Part shown: piece by piece, positions 47,635 through 56,678 of the stretch | How positions within the stretch are numbered: the first letter of the stretch is position 1 | Layout: the number at the start of each line of letters is the position of its first letter | IMG/VR virus record: IMGVR_UViG_3300008448_012223 | DNA from: a virus | Reading direction: 5' to 3' (one strand) | Length of the DNA: 64,000 bases | The notes under the pieces: generated by a model | Told to the model about the DNA's origin: nothing | The model's input: only the letters and a program-made list of their open reading frames with translations | The model's database searches: none | Translations under genes and position numbers: made by a program

Positions 47635-48495
47635 ATGAATTTCCCTCTCATTAACAACGATACTGCTGGCAACTCCTATTATGGCTGGAGAGCTAATAAT
47701 CTTATTTACAGTCCTGATTCTATAGGATTTACCGCAGACAAATGGCAAAGCTGGATTAATGGTTTTTTTGGGCAGACTTGCGTTGACGACCAATTTCAGC
47801 TAATACTACCAGCCCCTTTTGAAACTTTAAGTTTGCCTGTGTCATCTTCTAATTGGAGATTTTCTAACCTACATATAAATACAACAAATACTACTGGCAC
47901 TTTTGCAGCATCGATGCCATCACCAACTGGAAATCATACTCTGTTTAATTCTCAAGCAATTGGCACTACCACACGAGCCCATTATGGGATATTAAATAAT
48001 TTAAGTTTTTCTATGTTTTCTATAGATCTCAATAATGCTAATTATTCTTTTTGCAGTATAGGCTGGCTCAAGAATCCCCTTTATAGTGGTAGTGCTTTTC
48101 CTAGAAATTCGTATTATTTTTTCCACAATGCAAACGGTGGCGACAATTTTAATAGCAGTGGTCGTCCTTCTGCCGAAAATACTACTGTTTCGCAACGGAT
48201 GCAGTATCCGGCAGTTAATACTACCGACTCTATTGCTAATTACCCCGTTTCTTGTCAGGCGGCAACTCCTGGAGCCAATACCACAGAACTTTACTTGAGA
48301 GACAATGTTGCTCCAAATAAAGCTATAGGATATGTACCAAATCTATTAAAAACGAGCTTACAGATTCCCGTAGGACAAGTTTACCGAAATACAGGAATAG
48401 ACCCTGATGGTTCTAATATAGATACTTGGATGTGTGTTGGGATATTTGGCTCGGAAAGAATATTAATGCGCGTCTGGAATGCAGGATTAGTCTAA
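47635..48495 (+). CDS. Tail-fibre/receptor-associated protein, AT-rich host-like copy (paralog of 5707 and 48579)
   Basis: Shared SC-x3-TPGAN-x2-L-x2-RD..LL..ILMRV C-terminus. Confidence 0.6.
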   Translation: MNFPLINNDTAGNSYYGWRANNLIYSPDSIGFTADKWQSWINGFFGQTCVDDQFQLILPAPFETLSLPVSSSNWRFSNLHINTTNTTGTFAASMPSPTGNHTLFNSQAIGTTTRAHYGILNNLSFSMFSIDLNNANYSFCSIGWLKNPLYSGSAFPRNSYYFFHNANGGDNFNSSGRPSAENTTVSQRMQYPAVNTTDSIANYPVSCQAATPGANTTELYLRDNVAPNKAIGYVPNLLKTSLQIPVGQVYRNTGIDPDGSNIDTWMCVGIFGSERILMRVWNAGLV

Positions 48496-48578
48496 TCAAG
48501 TGATCTATCAAATCCTGAATTAGCCTAGCCAAAAAGCAATAAATCAAATTTCCATCTACTGTATACACAGGGCGAAGT

Positions 48579-49421
48579 TTGTATTTCACTATACCGGTAA
48601 GAATAATGATTACCCCAATAAACACAATAAACGGCATTACATACTTTGGTTATAAATCAGGGCCCAGTCCTGGTATAGATATCACACGTTCTCAGTTAGT
48701 AGAGTTTCTAGACACAGCACTAGGTGCTGCTAATAATGAAGTATTACCTAATGTTATGGGGTTCCACGCGCGTATACCGTCCCGAGAGCTTATAACTGGA
48801 GCCGTTACGACTACTGCTAGTGATAGTAAAACTCGTGTGGTATTTGACAATAACTTACGCATAGCAGAGGTATATCCTCACAATGAGACTACGCCGGGCC
48901 CATTTGTTCCTGTGCAGAACCCATATATCCTACCTAACTTGACAGGTGAGCGAGTTGTATATATGTGCGCCTCTAGTGCGGGTCTAGGTATACTACAGAT
49001 ACGTCTGAACTCAGGTATACCAGACCAGAACGGCTATGTGTTTAATTATATAGGTTATTCGACTGAGGCATACACTGTTAACTACCCAATGGATCTGCAC
49101 TGTATAGTGTCGTATAAGATAGGGAACTCTACTGACAATGGCGTATTCGGCATAACTAGTAATATTAGTACTGCAGCCCGCACTATAACCCCCAGGCCTA
49201 ATGTGAGTTGTAGGGAGAATCGGGCAAAGCCAGTTAGTGATGTAGTCCTCGATGAATTTATTAAGGCGCAGCCATTTCTAGTATGGTTGGATAGGCCGCT
49301 GGCAATTGGAGGCGTAGCGAGCATAGTAGGTAATTCACATGGGTTATATATAAGTTGTGGTCGTCTAGGCTCCGGCAGTATACTGATGAGAGTAATAGGA
49401 CAACATCTAGTATATTGCTAG
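48579..49421 (+). CDS. Tail-fibre/receptor-associated protein, phage-style copy (probable ATG at 48606)
   Basis: C-terminal VSC..PFLVW..GSGSILMRV aligns with 5707 (INC..PFLLF..GGGSILMPI). Confidence 0.6.
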   Translation: MYFTIPVRIMITPINTINGITYFGYKSGPSPGIDITRSQLVEFLDTALGAANNEVLPNVMGFHARIPSRELITGAVTTTASDSKTRVVFDNNLRIAEVYPHNETTPGPFVPVQNPYILPNLTGERVVYMCASSAGLGILQIRLNSGIPDQNGYVFNYIGYSTEAYTVNYPMDLHCIVSYKIGNSTDNGVFGITSNISTAARTITPRPNVSCRENRAKPVSDVVLDEFIKAQPFLVWLDRPLAIGGVASIVGNSHGLYISCGRLGSGSILMRVIGQHLVYC

Positions 49422-49562
49422 CACCTGCGTATAGTTCTGACGCTGTATCTATTATTGGCTCTATTGCGACTGCCACGAACGACTCGTAACTGAGCGTTTA
49501 AGTGGTTTAACTTTGTTTCTAGCGTGTTCGTTTATTTGTCCTTGTTTTTTGAGTTTACTGAT

Positions 49563-49882
49563 GATAACTGATAACCAATAAACTAATTTAATAATTTATT
49601 TCTATAGGACATAACTGAATTTTATCACCTGTTTCAGACACTCCCCAAAGTTCTAAAATTTTGCGTGTATTTTTATCACCCAAAATATCTGTAATCCTCA
49701 TAATACAATTTATGTCAATTAAATTACAGTTACTAGAGTGATATGTATACCAATGTGATATAGCATCTTCTTCGCATTTAGCCATTATTAACGAAGCATG
49801 TCTTGTTATTTTGTCTTTAATCAAAAATAGTTTCATATTTTTACTCTTAAGTAATTTAGTTTTTTACTGATAACTGATAACT
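49563..49882. repeat. Short ACTGATA-type heptamer tandems at the left part of the AT-rich island
   Basis: GATAACTGATAAC at 49563-49575 and ACTGATAACTGATAACT at 49866-49882; resembles cyanobacterial short tandem repeats. Confidence 0.5.
49588..49836 (-). CDS. Hypothetical protein (AT-rich island)
   Basis: ORF track, 82 aa. Confidence 0.6.
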   Translation of the reverse strand: MKLFLIKDKITRHASLIMAKCEEDAISHWYTYHSSNCNLIDINCIMRITDILGDKNTRKILELWGVSETGDKIQLCPIEINY

Positions 49883-49950
49883 AACACAACTAAATTCTTC
49901 CCCAAGTGACCAAAAAATCAAAAGTTTGTTCGGCAATTACATATATTTAA

Positions 49951-50098
49951 CTACCTCTTGCCTATTCTAAGTTCTTTATTTATTGCCATTGTTTTAAGTG
50001 TCTGTAGCCTCAGTTGTTTTAATAAAGCCTAAAATAGTCTCCATTATCTTTGTTGCTTCTGGAATCAAAATATTGAACTCTTCTGCTGTTATTATCAT
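49951..50098 (-). pseudogene. Duplicated remnant: 34-aa C-terminal fragment of the 50868 gene plus a truncated start of the 50531 gene
   Basis: MIITAEEFNILIPEATKIMETILGFIKTTEATDT* (50098-49994), then MAINKELRIGKR*; about 49982-50074 is a near-identical repeat of about 50856-50948. Confidence 0.7.
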
Positions 50099-50520
50099 GG
50101 TGTTACCTCGGTTTGTATTTCATTTTCGATAAATGAAAGGATATTAATCATGATTTGTGTTCCTTTTTCACGCCATAGATTTAATTCTTCATGTTTAGCA
50201 GTCCCACTTTTCTTGAATGAGATTTTACTGTTTTTTCTATTATTTATCCATATAAGAAAACTTCCTTCCCAATCTATATTAGAGATAGTAGTTCGACCAT
50301 CTATATAATTTCTAAAATCACTAGGTGAACCGTCACTACTATAAGAGTTGTTGCTATTGACCTTTATATCTATTTGTATTCCATTTATAGAATTAAGAAT
50401 AGGGTGATACCCGTAAATCATGTCTTGAGTTTTAGTTAAAGACGTAAGTGACCACTTTATCTCTGGGTAAGTTTTTTGGCAGAAATTAAATATTTTTTGG
50501 GATGTTTCTTGTTTGTTCAT
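50095..50520 (-). CDS. Tandem paralog family member (KI..FC...YP...W ... ILSFI.NEIQ)
   Basis: Shared N- and C-terminal motifs with 50868, 51371, 51795 and 52173. Confidence 0.75.
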   Translation of the reverse strand: MNKQETSQKIFNFCQKTYPEIKWSLTSLTKTQDMIYGYHPILNSINGIQIDIKVNSNNSYSSDGSPSDFRNYIDGRTTISNIDWEGSFLIWINNRKNSKISFKKSGTAKHEELNLWREKGTQIMINILSFIENEIQTEVTP

Positions 50521-50530
50521 TGTTATTACC

Positions 50531-50863
50531 TTAAATACAAATAACTAGATCACCGACGCAAACATTGATAAATTTCTCGCAATTGTATCGAGAATTATTG
50601 CAAGCTTGAATAATAGAGGTATTTTCTTCAACAGAAATAATCCTTCCTGACCCTTTATAAAGAATACAATGACCAATGAAGTCGCTAGTTATCGGGTCGT
50701 ATATTGGTTTGTTTGTAATTGAATAAACCAAGTGAGAGGCATCTATTCGGATACTATTTAATTCACCGCGGTTTATTACTACTTTAAAATCATCGATAAC
50801 TTCAATTACCTTAGCTGGATACGTTCCTTTAGGCGTAAGTCCTAGTTCTTTATCTGTTGCCAT
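50531..50863 (-). CDS. Hypothetical beta-barrel-like protein
   Basis: 110 aa; AKVIEVIDDFKVVINRG..IGHCILYKGSGRIISVEENTS. Confidence 0.7.
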   Translation of the reverse strand: MATDKELGLTPKGTYPAKVIEVIDDFKVVINRGELNSIRIDASHLVYSITNKPIYDPITSDFIGHCILYKGSGRIISVEENTSIIQACNNSRYNCEKFINVCVGDLVICI

Positions 50864-50867
50864 TGTT

Positions 50868-51365
50868 TTAAGTGTATGTAGCCTCAGTTGTTTTAATAAA
50901 GCTTAAAATAGTCTTCATTATCTTTGTTGCTTCTGGAATCAAGATATTTAAACCTTCGTTATCTCCCGCAACATCTGATTCTTCTTTAGTTGAAGTAAGC
51001 TGAACCCAGCTTTTATTTTCTCGGTGATACTCTCCTATTAGCAACATAGTCCTCTGAGTTTGTGTCAAATAACTTTCTACTTTAGTCTCTAAAATGTTGG
51101 ACGGCTTGGAAAGATATTTAATTGAAATATAATATCTTCCTAGTAATATGTCAAGAGGAAAAACTCTTTGTAGTAATTCGCTAGGATAAATAACAAAAAT
51201 CACGCCTTTTAAGACAAGCTCCCCATCTCTATCTAATAAATACTCGATATTGCCGTTCTTGTCGTAGGTATAGCTCTTCTGCGCTTCAAGACTCCAATTT
51301 TTAGGCTGCTTAAAAGTTTCTTTACAGAAAACCTCAATTTGTTTTAATGCTTCTGTTTTGTTCAT
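50868..51365 (-). CDS. Tandem paralog family member
   Basis: LKQIEVFCK..W; C-terminal NILIPEATKIMKTILSFIKT. Confidence 0.75.
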   Translation of the reverse strand: MNKTEALKQIEVFCKETFKQPKNWSLEAQKSYTYDKNGNIEYLLDRDGELVLKGVIFVIYPSELLQRVFPLDILLGRYYISIKYLSKPSNILETKVESYLTQTQRTMLLIGEYHRENKSWVQLTSTKEESDVAGDNEGLNILIPEATKIMKTILSFIKTTEATYT

Positions 51366-51370
51366 TAGCG

Positions 51371-51781
51371 TTAATCCTCAGATTTAATTGTTTCGGTGAA
51401 ACTTAAAATAGTCTCCATTATTTTTGTCGTTTCTGGAATCAAGATATTTAAGGTTTCGTTGTCTCCTTCACTTTTTGGTTCTTTTTTAATCGAATCTATC
51501 TTAACCCAATCATGCCCAGTGGCTGTCCCCTCTACCCTAACTACTAAAGATTTAGATGACTTAGAACGATACTCAACCCAAACATCGTATCTTCCTTTTA
51601 GCTTGTTTGGATAGAGAATATTGATAGAGCCTTCTAATACTAAGTCGGTGAAAACATCTATTTGCCTTAGTTTAAGAGTCCATTTTGAGTAATCAACCAT
51701 TTTATAGGCATTATCACAAAAAACCCCGATTTGTTTTAATACTTCTATCATTTTGTAAGCATCTATTTTCCATGCGCCCAT
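51371..51781 (-). CDS. Tandem paralog family member
   Basis: LKQIGVFC..W; C-terminal NILIPETTKIMETILSF. Confidence 0.75.
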   Translation of the reverse strand: MGAWKIDAYKMIEVLKQIGVFCDNAYKMVDYSKWTLKLRQIDVFTDLVLEGSINILYPNKLKGRYDVWVEYRSKSSKSLVVRVEGTATGHDWVKIDSIKKEPKSEGDNETLNILIPETTKIMETILSFTETIKSED

Positions 51782-51794
51782 CTGTTGCTCCTAT

Positions 51795-52157
51795 TTACTC
51801 TTGAATCTCATCAAGAATGAAAGTGAAAATGTCTAATATTACTTTTCGAGTTTCTCTGTATTTGTTGTCAAAATAATCAGATTTTGGCCTTCTAATATAA
51901 TTAAATACTATTTTATTTTCATAGGAACAGTTATTGTCTCTATCGTCAGGGTTTATCCATAATTCAAATGTGCCTACACTATACGCTTCGCATAAAACGC
52001 GCTTAAGCAGTCCATCCAGAAAAACCTCTATTATTAATTCATCAGGAAAAAGGGGACACTGAATTATATTATCTTCAGAGTCAAGATTCCATCTTAAATT
52101 TGGATAACTTCTGTGACAGAATTCCAATATTTTTTCTGTTACTTGTTTTATGTCCAT
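51795..52157 (-). CDS. Tandem paralog family member
   Basis: QVTEKILEFCHRSYPNLRW; ends IFTFILDEIQE; AGGAG RBS. Confidence 0.75.
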   Translation of the reverse strand: MDIKQVTEKILEFCHRSYPNLRWNLDSEDNIIQCPLFPDELIIEVFLDGLLKRVLCEAYSVGTFELWINPDDRDNNCSYENKIVFNYIRRPKSDYFDNKYRETRKVILDIFTFILDEIQE

Positions 52158-52172
52158 TAATTTGACTCCTGT

Positions 52173-52571
52173 TTATTCTTGAATTTCGTTAGCAATAAAG
52201 TTGAAAATACCTAGCATCACTTCTCGATATTTTTTGTACAAGTCCCAGTCTTTTTTATCCCACTCTTTTGTTATTGGGAGACTACGAAAATCTATTTTTT
52301 TGTCACAATTTAGATGAATACCAAACATCCCCAACCAACCTACATTAACTAGGTCAAAGTGTCCGATTATATAATCATCAGTAGTTTCTTCTTATAAAGA
52401 AGAAACCTTATTTCTTTTGTCTGAGCAAATTTTTAGAGTTACTTTAAACGGAAAATCTACCCCACAAATTACGGTTTTATTTGCATACTCACTATTTACA
52501 TTCCACTCTAAATTTGGGTATTGATTTAGACAATAACCTGATATTTTATAAGCTATTTGCCATGTGTCCAT
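52173..52571 (-). pseudogene. Paralog family member broken by one in-frame TAA (52394-52392)
   Basis: MDTWQIAYKISGYCLNQYPNLEW...KVSSL*EETTDD...IFNFIANEIQE*; AGGAG RBS; 133 codons. Confidence 0.8.
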
Positions 52572-52625
52572 TGGTGTTACTCCTATTAGGTGAATTTACT
52601 AGACAGAATATCTGCTTAGTATTGT

Positions 52626-52655
52626 TTTTATTCTTGAATCTCATCAAGAATAAAA
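52626..52655. repeat. 12-bp perfect inverted repeat that is also an orphan 3' end (FSFILDEIQE*) of the paralog family
   Basis: TTTTATTCTTGA-ATCTCA-TCAAGAATAAAA. Confidence 0.7.
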
Positions 52656-52679
52656 CTGAACTATTTTGACAAGATTTCT

Positions 52680-52704
52680 ATTGCGAAAACGAAGGATATG
52701 ACTG
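52680..52704. repeat. 25-bp exact copy of an internal selO segment (56550-56574)
   Basis: ATTGCGAAAACGAAGGATATGACTG at both positions; flanking bases differ. Confidence 0.9.
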
Positions 52705-52828
52705 CACTTTGTCACAAAATTTTACTATTATTTTGACAACTCTCAATGGTTAGAGAGAAAACATCCAATCCAGTCTTTGACAATAGCTTGTAACGGTAAA
52801 TCACGACGCTGACTTTATTCTTATCTAA

Positions 52829-52858
52829 GAGATACCACAAGCTTTATAGAAATGTCAA
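52829..52858 (-). promoter_or_regulatory. Sigma70-like promoter copy 1
   Basis: TTGACA-18nt(TTTCTATAAAGCTTGTGG)-TATCTC with an extended -10 TG. Confidence 0.55.
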
Positions 52859-52935
52859 GGAAGAAGTCTAAGGGTTTTATCTAGAAAATACACCTTAACA
52901 GTCCTATCGCTAAAAATAACAGGGCTCCTTAATAT

Positions 52936-53202
52936 TTAATCATCCCCCCAGTCCGGGTAGTATTGCAAATAAACAGCTTGTCGCTCAATAGCCTGCTTCT
53001 TAAGTTTTTCAATTTCTTCATCATCAAAGTCATACTCCCAAACTATAGAATCAAGAAACTGGTCTTCTTTTTCCATAAACAATTTCTTTTTAACCATAAA
53101 ATCTTGGCAACCATAAGACATCCCTCCGCTTTTCCCTATAAAAATAAGGGCATTGTCTTCAACGGTCGCCAAAAGCTCTTTTAATTGTTTTGCAGTAATC
53201 AC
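52936..53202 (-). CDS. Hypothetical protein (probable GTG start at 53202)
   Basis: AGGAG RBS before GTG ATT ACT GCA; GTGA overlap with 53199; the track ORF starts at 53220. Confidence 0.65.
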   Translation of the reverse strand: MITAKQLKELLATVEDNALIFIGKSGGMSYGCQDFMVKKKLFMEKEDQFLDSIVWEYDFDDEEIEKLKKQAIERQAVYLQYYPDWGDD

Positions 53203-53522
53203 TTTGTGTCTCCTAAACAAAAAGCTATCTTATCAATATAAAGAGGAAACCCTAATACTTCCCAGCATTCTAATAGTCTTGGCACGTCAACGGTTTGAGC
53301 CGTATAATTTAATCCTGTTTCAGTGATAATGAATTTTTCAAAAATCTCTGGGGCAACCTCAACGCAACAGCAGTTGGTGTCGTCAAATTTACCAGACTTT
53401 TCGGCTAATTCAGAAGTAATCTCGATCAAAACCTCTTTTGTGAGTAATTTTTTCCAAGCTACATTATAAATGTCGTTAAACTGAGCGATAAATTTAGCGT
53501 AATCAGATCGGGAATTAGACAT
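53199..53522 (-). CDS. Hypothetical protein, paralog of 53644
   Basis: Shares ELA.KSGKFDD and VAPEIF..F.IT.TG.NYTAQTVDVPRLLE.WE.LGF with 53644. Confidence 0.8.
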   Translation of the reverse strand: MSNSRSDYAKFIAQFNDIYNVAWKKLLTKEVLIEITSELAEKSGKFDDTNCCCVEVAPEIFEKFIITETGLNYTAQTVDVPRLLECWEVLGFPLYIDKIAFCLGDTK

Positions 53523-53566
53523 AGCTTATGGCAGAAAAAGGTGTTAAACTATATTTGACTTACTTA

Positions 53567-53596
53567 AATCTACCATAAGCTTTATAGAAATGTCAA
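53567..53596 (-). promoter_or_regulatory. Sigma70-like promoter copy 2
   Basis: TTGACA-18nt(TTTCTATAAAGCTTATGG)-TAGATT. Confidence 0.7.
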
Positions 53597-53643
53597 GTAA
53601 GAAGTCTAAAAACTTTTTGGGATACCAGTCCCTGCATCAAAAC

Positions 53644-54105
53644 CTATGGGCAACTCTTATAAAAATTAAAGGCGGTAGTATCAATATAACCAGTAAACCC
53701 TAATGCTTCCCAGTATTCTAATAGTCTTGGCACGTCAACAGTTTGAGCCGTATAATTTGATCCTGTATTAGTAATAAGAAATTCTTGAAAAATTTCTGGT
53801 GCAATGTAAACTGAAAGATAGCTAGTGCCGTCAACCTTGCCAGTTTTGCCCTGTAATTCAGGAGTAATCATATCAGCATCGTCAAATTTACCAGACTTTT
53901 TGGCTAATTCAGCGGTAACCCCAAGTGAAATTTTGGTTACAAGCAATTCTTGATAAACTGAATCGCTTTCATCAGATAAGCCCCACGCAATAAATCTAAC
54001 AATATAATCAGGTTTTAATTCTGTAACTTGATCTTTGACAATTTTTCCAGTTACTCCATAAACAGGAGTATTAAAATTTTGTTGCACTTCTGGAGAATTA
54101 GACAT
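53644..54105 (-). CDS. Hypothetical protein, paralog of 53199
   Basis: Both start MSNS and share the long C-terminal block. Confidence 0.8.
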   Translation of the reverse strand: MSNSPEVQQNFNTPVYGVTGKIVKDQVTELKPDYIVRFIAWGLSDESDSVYQELLVTKISLGVTAELAKKSGKFDDADMITPELQGKTGKVDGTSYLSVYIAPEIFQEFLITNTGSNYTAQTVDVPRLLEYWEALGFTGYIDTTAFNFYKSCP

Positions 54106-54148
54106 AACTTGTAGTAAAAAAGATGCTAAATTATATTTGACTTACTTA

Positions 54149-54178
54149 AGTCTACCATAAGCGTAATAGAAATATCAA
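54149..54178 (-). promoter_or_regulatory. Sigma70-like promoter copy 3
   Basis: TTGATA-18nt(TTTCTATTACGCTTATGG)-TAGACT. Confidence 0.65.
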
Positions 54179-54321
54179 GCAATAAGCCTAAAAATTATTA
54201 TCCTCTTAACGCCCGTACTTCACTACTTGAATATGAAAGACTAAAAAAATACTGCAATTTCCAAAAGCGGTCAATAACCGAAGTAGTCTGGGAATTAATT
54301 AGAAGTTTACCCGATGACTGA
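54172..54321 (+). pseudogene. Small ribbon-helix-helix-like regulator with the start codon apparently changed to ATA
   Basis: (I)SSNKPKNYYPLNARTSLLEYERLKKYCNFQKRSITEVVWELIRSLPDD*; the other two promoter copies have ATG TCA AG at the equivalent position. Confidence 0.5.
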
Positions 54322-54325
54322 TACT

Positions 54326-54355
54326 AAAAGTGCCAGTTCATAGACTGGTACTTTT
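54326..54355. terminator. Bidirectional terminator between convergent genes
   Basis: AAAAGTGCCAGT-TCATAG-ACTGGTACTTTT. Confidence 0.7.
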
Positions 54356-54752
54356 ATTTTATTCTCTGATTAATAGCCGACGGTTTTAGCCTGCTTTCGG
54401 TTTTTTCAACTTCATCTGGAAGCTTATCTGTTATTTCTGCGTCTAGTTTTTGCTCGATTTGTAGTTCTCGCCAAAAATTAGCAATAATCCAATCAGCTAT
54501 TTCTTTAAAATCCATTTGCTCACGGCATGAATGCCAGTAATCAATGTCGTTGTTTTTTTACCACCAATAGTAAAAAGCATCCCAGATTTCTTGCCGCGTT
54601 TCTTCAGTAAGAAGAAGATTGATTCGAGTAAGTACCTTTCCTCGATAGGAATCAAGGGAAGCAATAGATCGGTGATTATAGTTCTTTGAGCGATCAAAAA
54701 AGATTTCGGAATTTATGCGATCAATTATGGGATTAGTAGAAGGGAAAAACAT
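54354..54752 (-). pseudogene. 133-codon gene broken by one in-frame TAA (54560-54558)
   Basis: MFFPSTNPII...AFYYWW*KNNDIDYWHSCREQMDFKEIADWIIANFW...QRIK*; ends at the terminator. Confidence 0.7.
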
Positions 54753-54949
54753 TGATTTGTCCTCTTGTGTGTTTTTGTTTACTAGTAGTCGTACAAAATA
54801 AATTTCCCAGTGAAGAAAAGCAGGGGGGTAAGAGATAAGGAGGGGGTTAGATATATGTAATTAATTTTGCTTAGGTACTTATAGAATAAATACATTATGC
54901 ACGATAGCTTAACTCAACATTTGCATCTACCGCCTCATACCAAAGGCCA

Positions 54950-55156
54950 TTAGTTATCATCTTCGAGTCGAGACTTATCAATTATAACACAAGGTTTCCA
55001 AGTGGATTTTTCCTGAGATTTAATGTTTACTTCTTCGGAAAATAAGATTTTCGGTTGATGAGAAACTACATTAGAACGTTTAATTTTAGTTAAATCCAAG
55101 TATTCGATAATATTTTCTCCATCATCAAATTTGCGGTCAAAATCTTCAGCTTTCAT
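54950..55156 (-). pseudogene. brnA: BrnA/CopG-type antitoxin N-terminus with a replaced C-terminus
   Basis: MKAEDFDRKFDDGENIIEYLDL matches the family N-terminus; the RHH half is not recognisable. Confidence 0.6.
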
Positions 55157-55238
55157 AAATTTTTACCTCTTTAGGTCTAGAGCATCGGACTGAAATAATA
55201 CGGATTTTGGTTTGACGATAGGTAACTACAGCTGACCA
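55146..55238 (-). pseudogene. brnT: 3' fragment of a BrnT-type toxin
   Basis: WSAVVTYRQTKIRIISVRCSRPKEVKIYES*, overlapping the antitoxin start; immediately preceded by an in-frame TAA. Confidence 0.65.
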
Positions 55239-55253
55239 TTACTTATTACTTAA

Positions 55254-56678
55254 TTACTGTTTATTCTGTAATTTTATCACTAATTCATGGAAAGGTTGCC
55301 AATCATCGTTATAAGTAATTGCCTCCCAAACCGATTCGATTAGCGGTCTAAGTAAAGCGGTTTTAGGATTATAATGCGTTAAGGTGTCGTCAACTTCAGA
55401 CAAGGAATCTAGGGGTAATTGATTTAAGACCAAACTATATAACTCTCGCCAACGTTGCCAATCAGCTTTTGGTAAATCCGTATTTTCAAGAATTAGGGAA
55501 CTATTTTCTCGCCAACCGTAATTAAATTGTTCACTTAATTGATAGAAAAGTTCGTGATAACCCAGATCAGTTTCTTGGAGAACTTCCACAGTTTTGCTGA
55601 CCAGTAAAGCGGATTCGGGAGTAAAAATATCCTCAAAACCTAACTTTTTGAGCATCATTTTTTGATAATAAAAATTGTAATGCTGGTCATAGTTAGCCAA
55701 AGCCATATCTAACTCTAACAAGGAGATGACCATCGACAGGGGAGATTGCAGTAACTCTAGATTTAAACGACAGATAAAAGGCTGATTACCATAACTATAA
55801 CGGCCACCGTAGTCGAAATAAGCCGCCGTAAATTGGGGGTTATAGGAAGGAATAAAAGCGTAGGGACCATAATCGAAACTTTCCCCAGTAATTGACATAT
55901 TATCGGTATTAAGAACCCCATGACAAAAACCTGCGGCCATCCATTGGGCTGCTAGTTTAGCGGTTCTTTCGATTAAAGCGGCGTAAAATTTTAAATAGCG
56001 ATCACTATCTTGGGGATTGATTTCAGGATAATAATAAATAATCACATGATCGAGGAGTCTTTTAATTAAATCGCCACGTTTAATATGAAATAAACGCTCA
56101 AAAGTCCCGAAACGAATATGAGAATTACTAACTCGAATCATCACCGAAGATCGCGTCGGGGAAGGTTCATCGCCGCGCCAGAGAGCTTCCCCCGTTTCCA
56201 CCAAACTCAGACAGCGAGAGGTATTCACCCCTAAACTGCGTAAAGCTTCCGCGGCTAAGACTTCTCTGACTCCACCCTTGAGAGTTAACCTACCGTCTGC
56301 ATGACGAGAATAGGGAGTCCGTCCCGATCCTTTCGTACCAAAATCGTATAATTTGCCATCAATACCCCTAACTTGACCGTAGAGAAAACCGCGACCATCT
56401 CCCAAGAAAGGATTATACTCGCCAAATTGATAACCGTGGTAACGCAGGGCCAAAAAGGGGGTCAGGGATTGAAATTTACCAAAAGCCTCGATAAAATGCT
56501 CATCTAAAGTTAATTCTGGCTGAATTCCCACCAAAGGTAATAAAGCATCATTGCGAAAACGAAGGATATGACTGGGAAAATCCGCAGCCGCAACTTGATC
56601 ATAGTATTGGTCCCCCAAGTCCTGCATGGCGCTTTCGTAAGGGAGACTGAGAAAGGGATTGGTGAGGTGGTCTGTCAT
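55254..56678 (-). CDS. selO: Protein adenylyltransferase SelO (YdiU family), host-like
   Basis: [64 protein letters not shown]. Confidence 0.95.
   Translation of the reverse strand: MTDHLTNPFLSLPYESAMQDLGDQYYDQVAAADFPSHILRFRNDALLPLVGIQPELTLDEHFIEAFGKFQSLTPFLALRYHGYQFGEYNPFLGDGRGFLYGQVRGIDGKLYDFGTKGSGRTPYSRHADGRLTLKGGVREVLAAEALRSLGVNTSRCLSLVETGEALWRGDEPSPTRSSVMIRVSNSHIRFGTFERLFHIKRGDLIKRLLDHVIIYYYPEINPQDSDRYLKFYAALIERTAKLAAQWMAAGFCHGVLNTDNMSITGESFDYGPYAFIPSYNPQFTAAYFDYGGRYSYGNQPFICRLNLELLQSPLSMVISLLELDMALANYDQHYNFYYQKMMLKKLGFEDIFTPESALLVSKTVEVLQETDLGYHELFYQLSEQFNYGWRENSSLILENTDLPKADWQRWRELYSLVLNQLPLDSLSEVDDTLTHYNPKTALLRPLIESVWEAITYNDDWQPFHELVIKLQNKQ

Noticed and set aside
52660-52790. Mini-CRISPR array around the TTTGACAA motifs
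   Set aside because: The shared core is only 8 bp with irregular spacing (about 67 and 44 bp); not a credible repeat-spacer structure
52392-54560. Stop-codon reassignment suggested by two in-frame stops
   Set aside because: Both are TAA, which terminates many genes in this window; known phage recoding involves TAG or TGA. Pseudogenisation or sequencing error is more likely.
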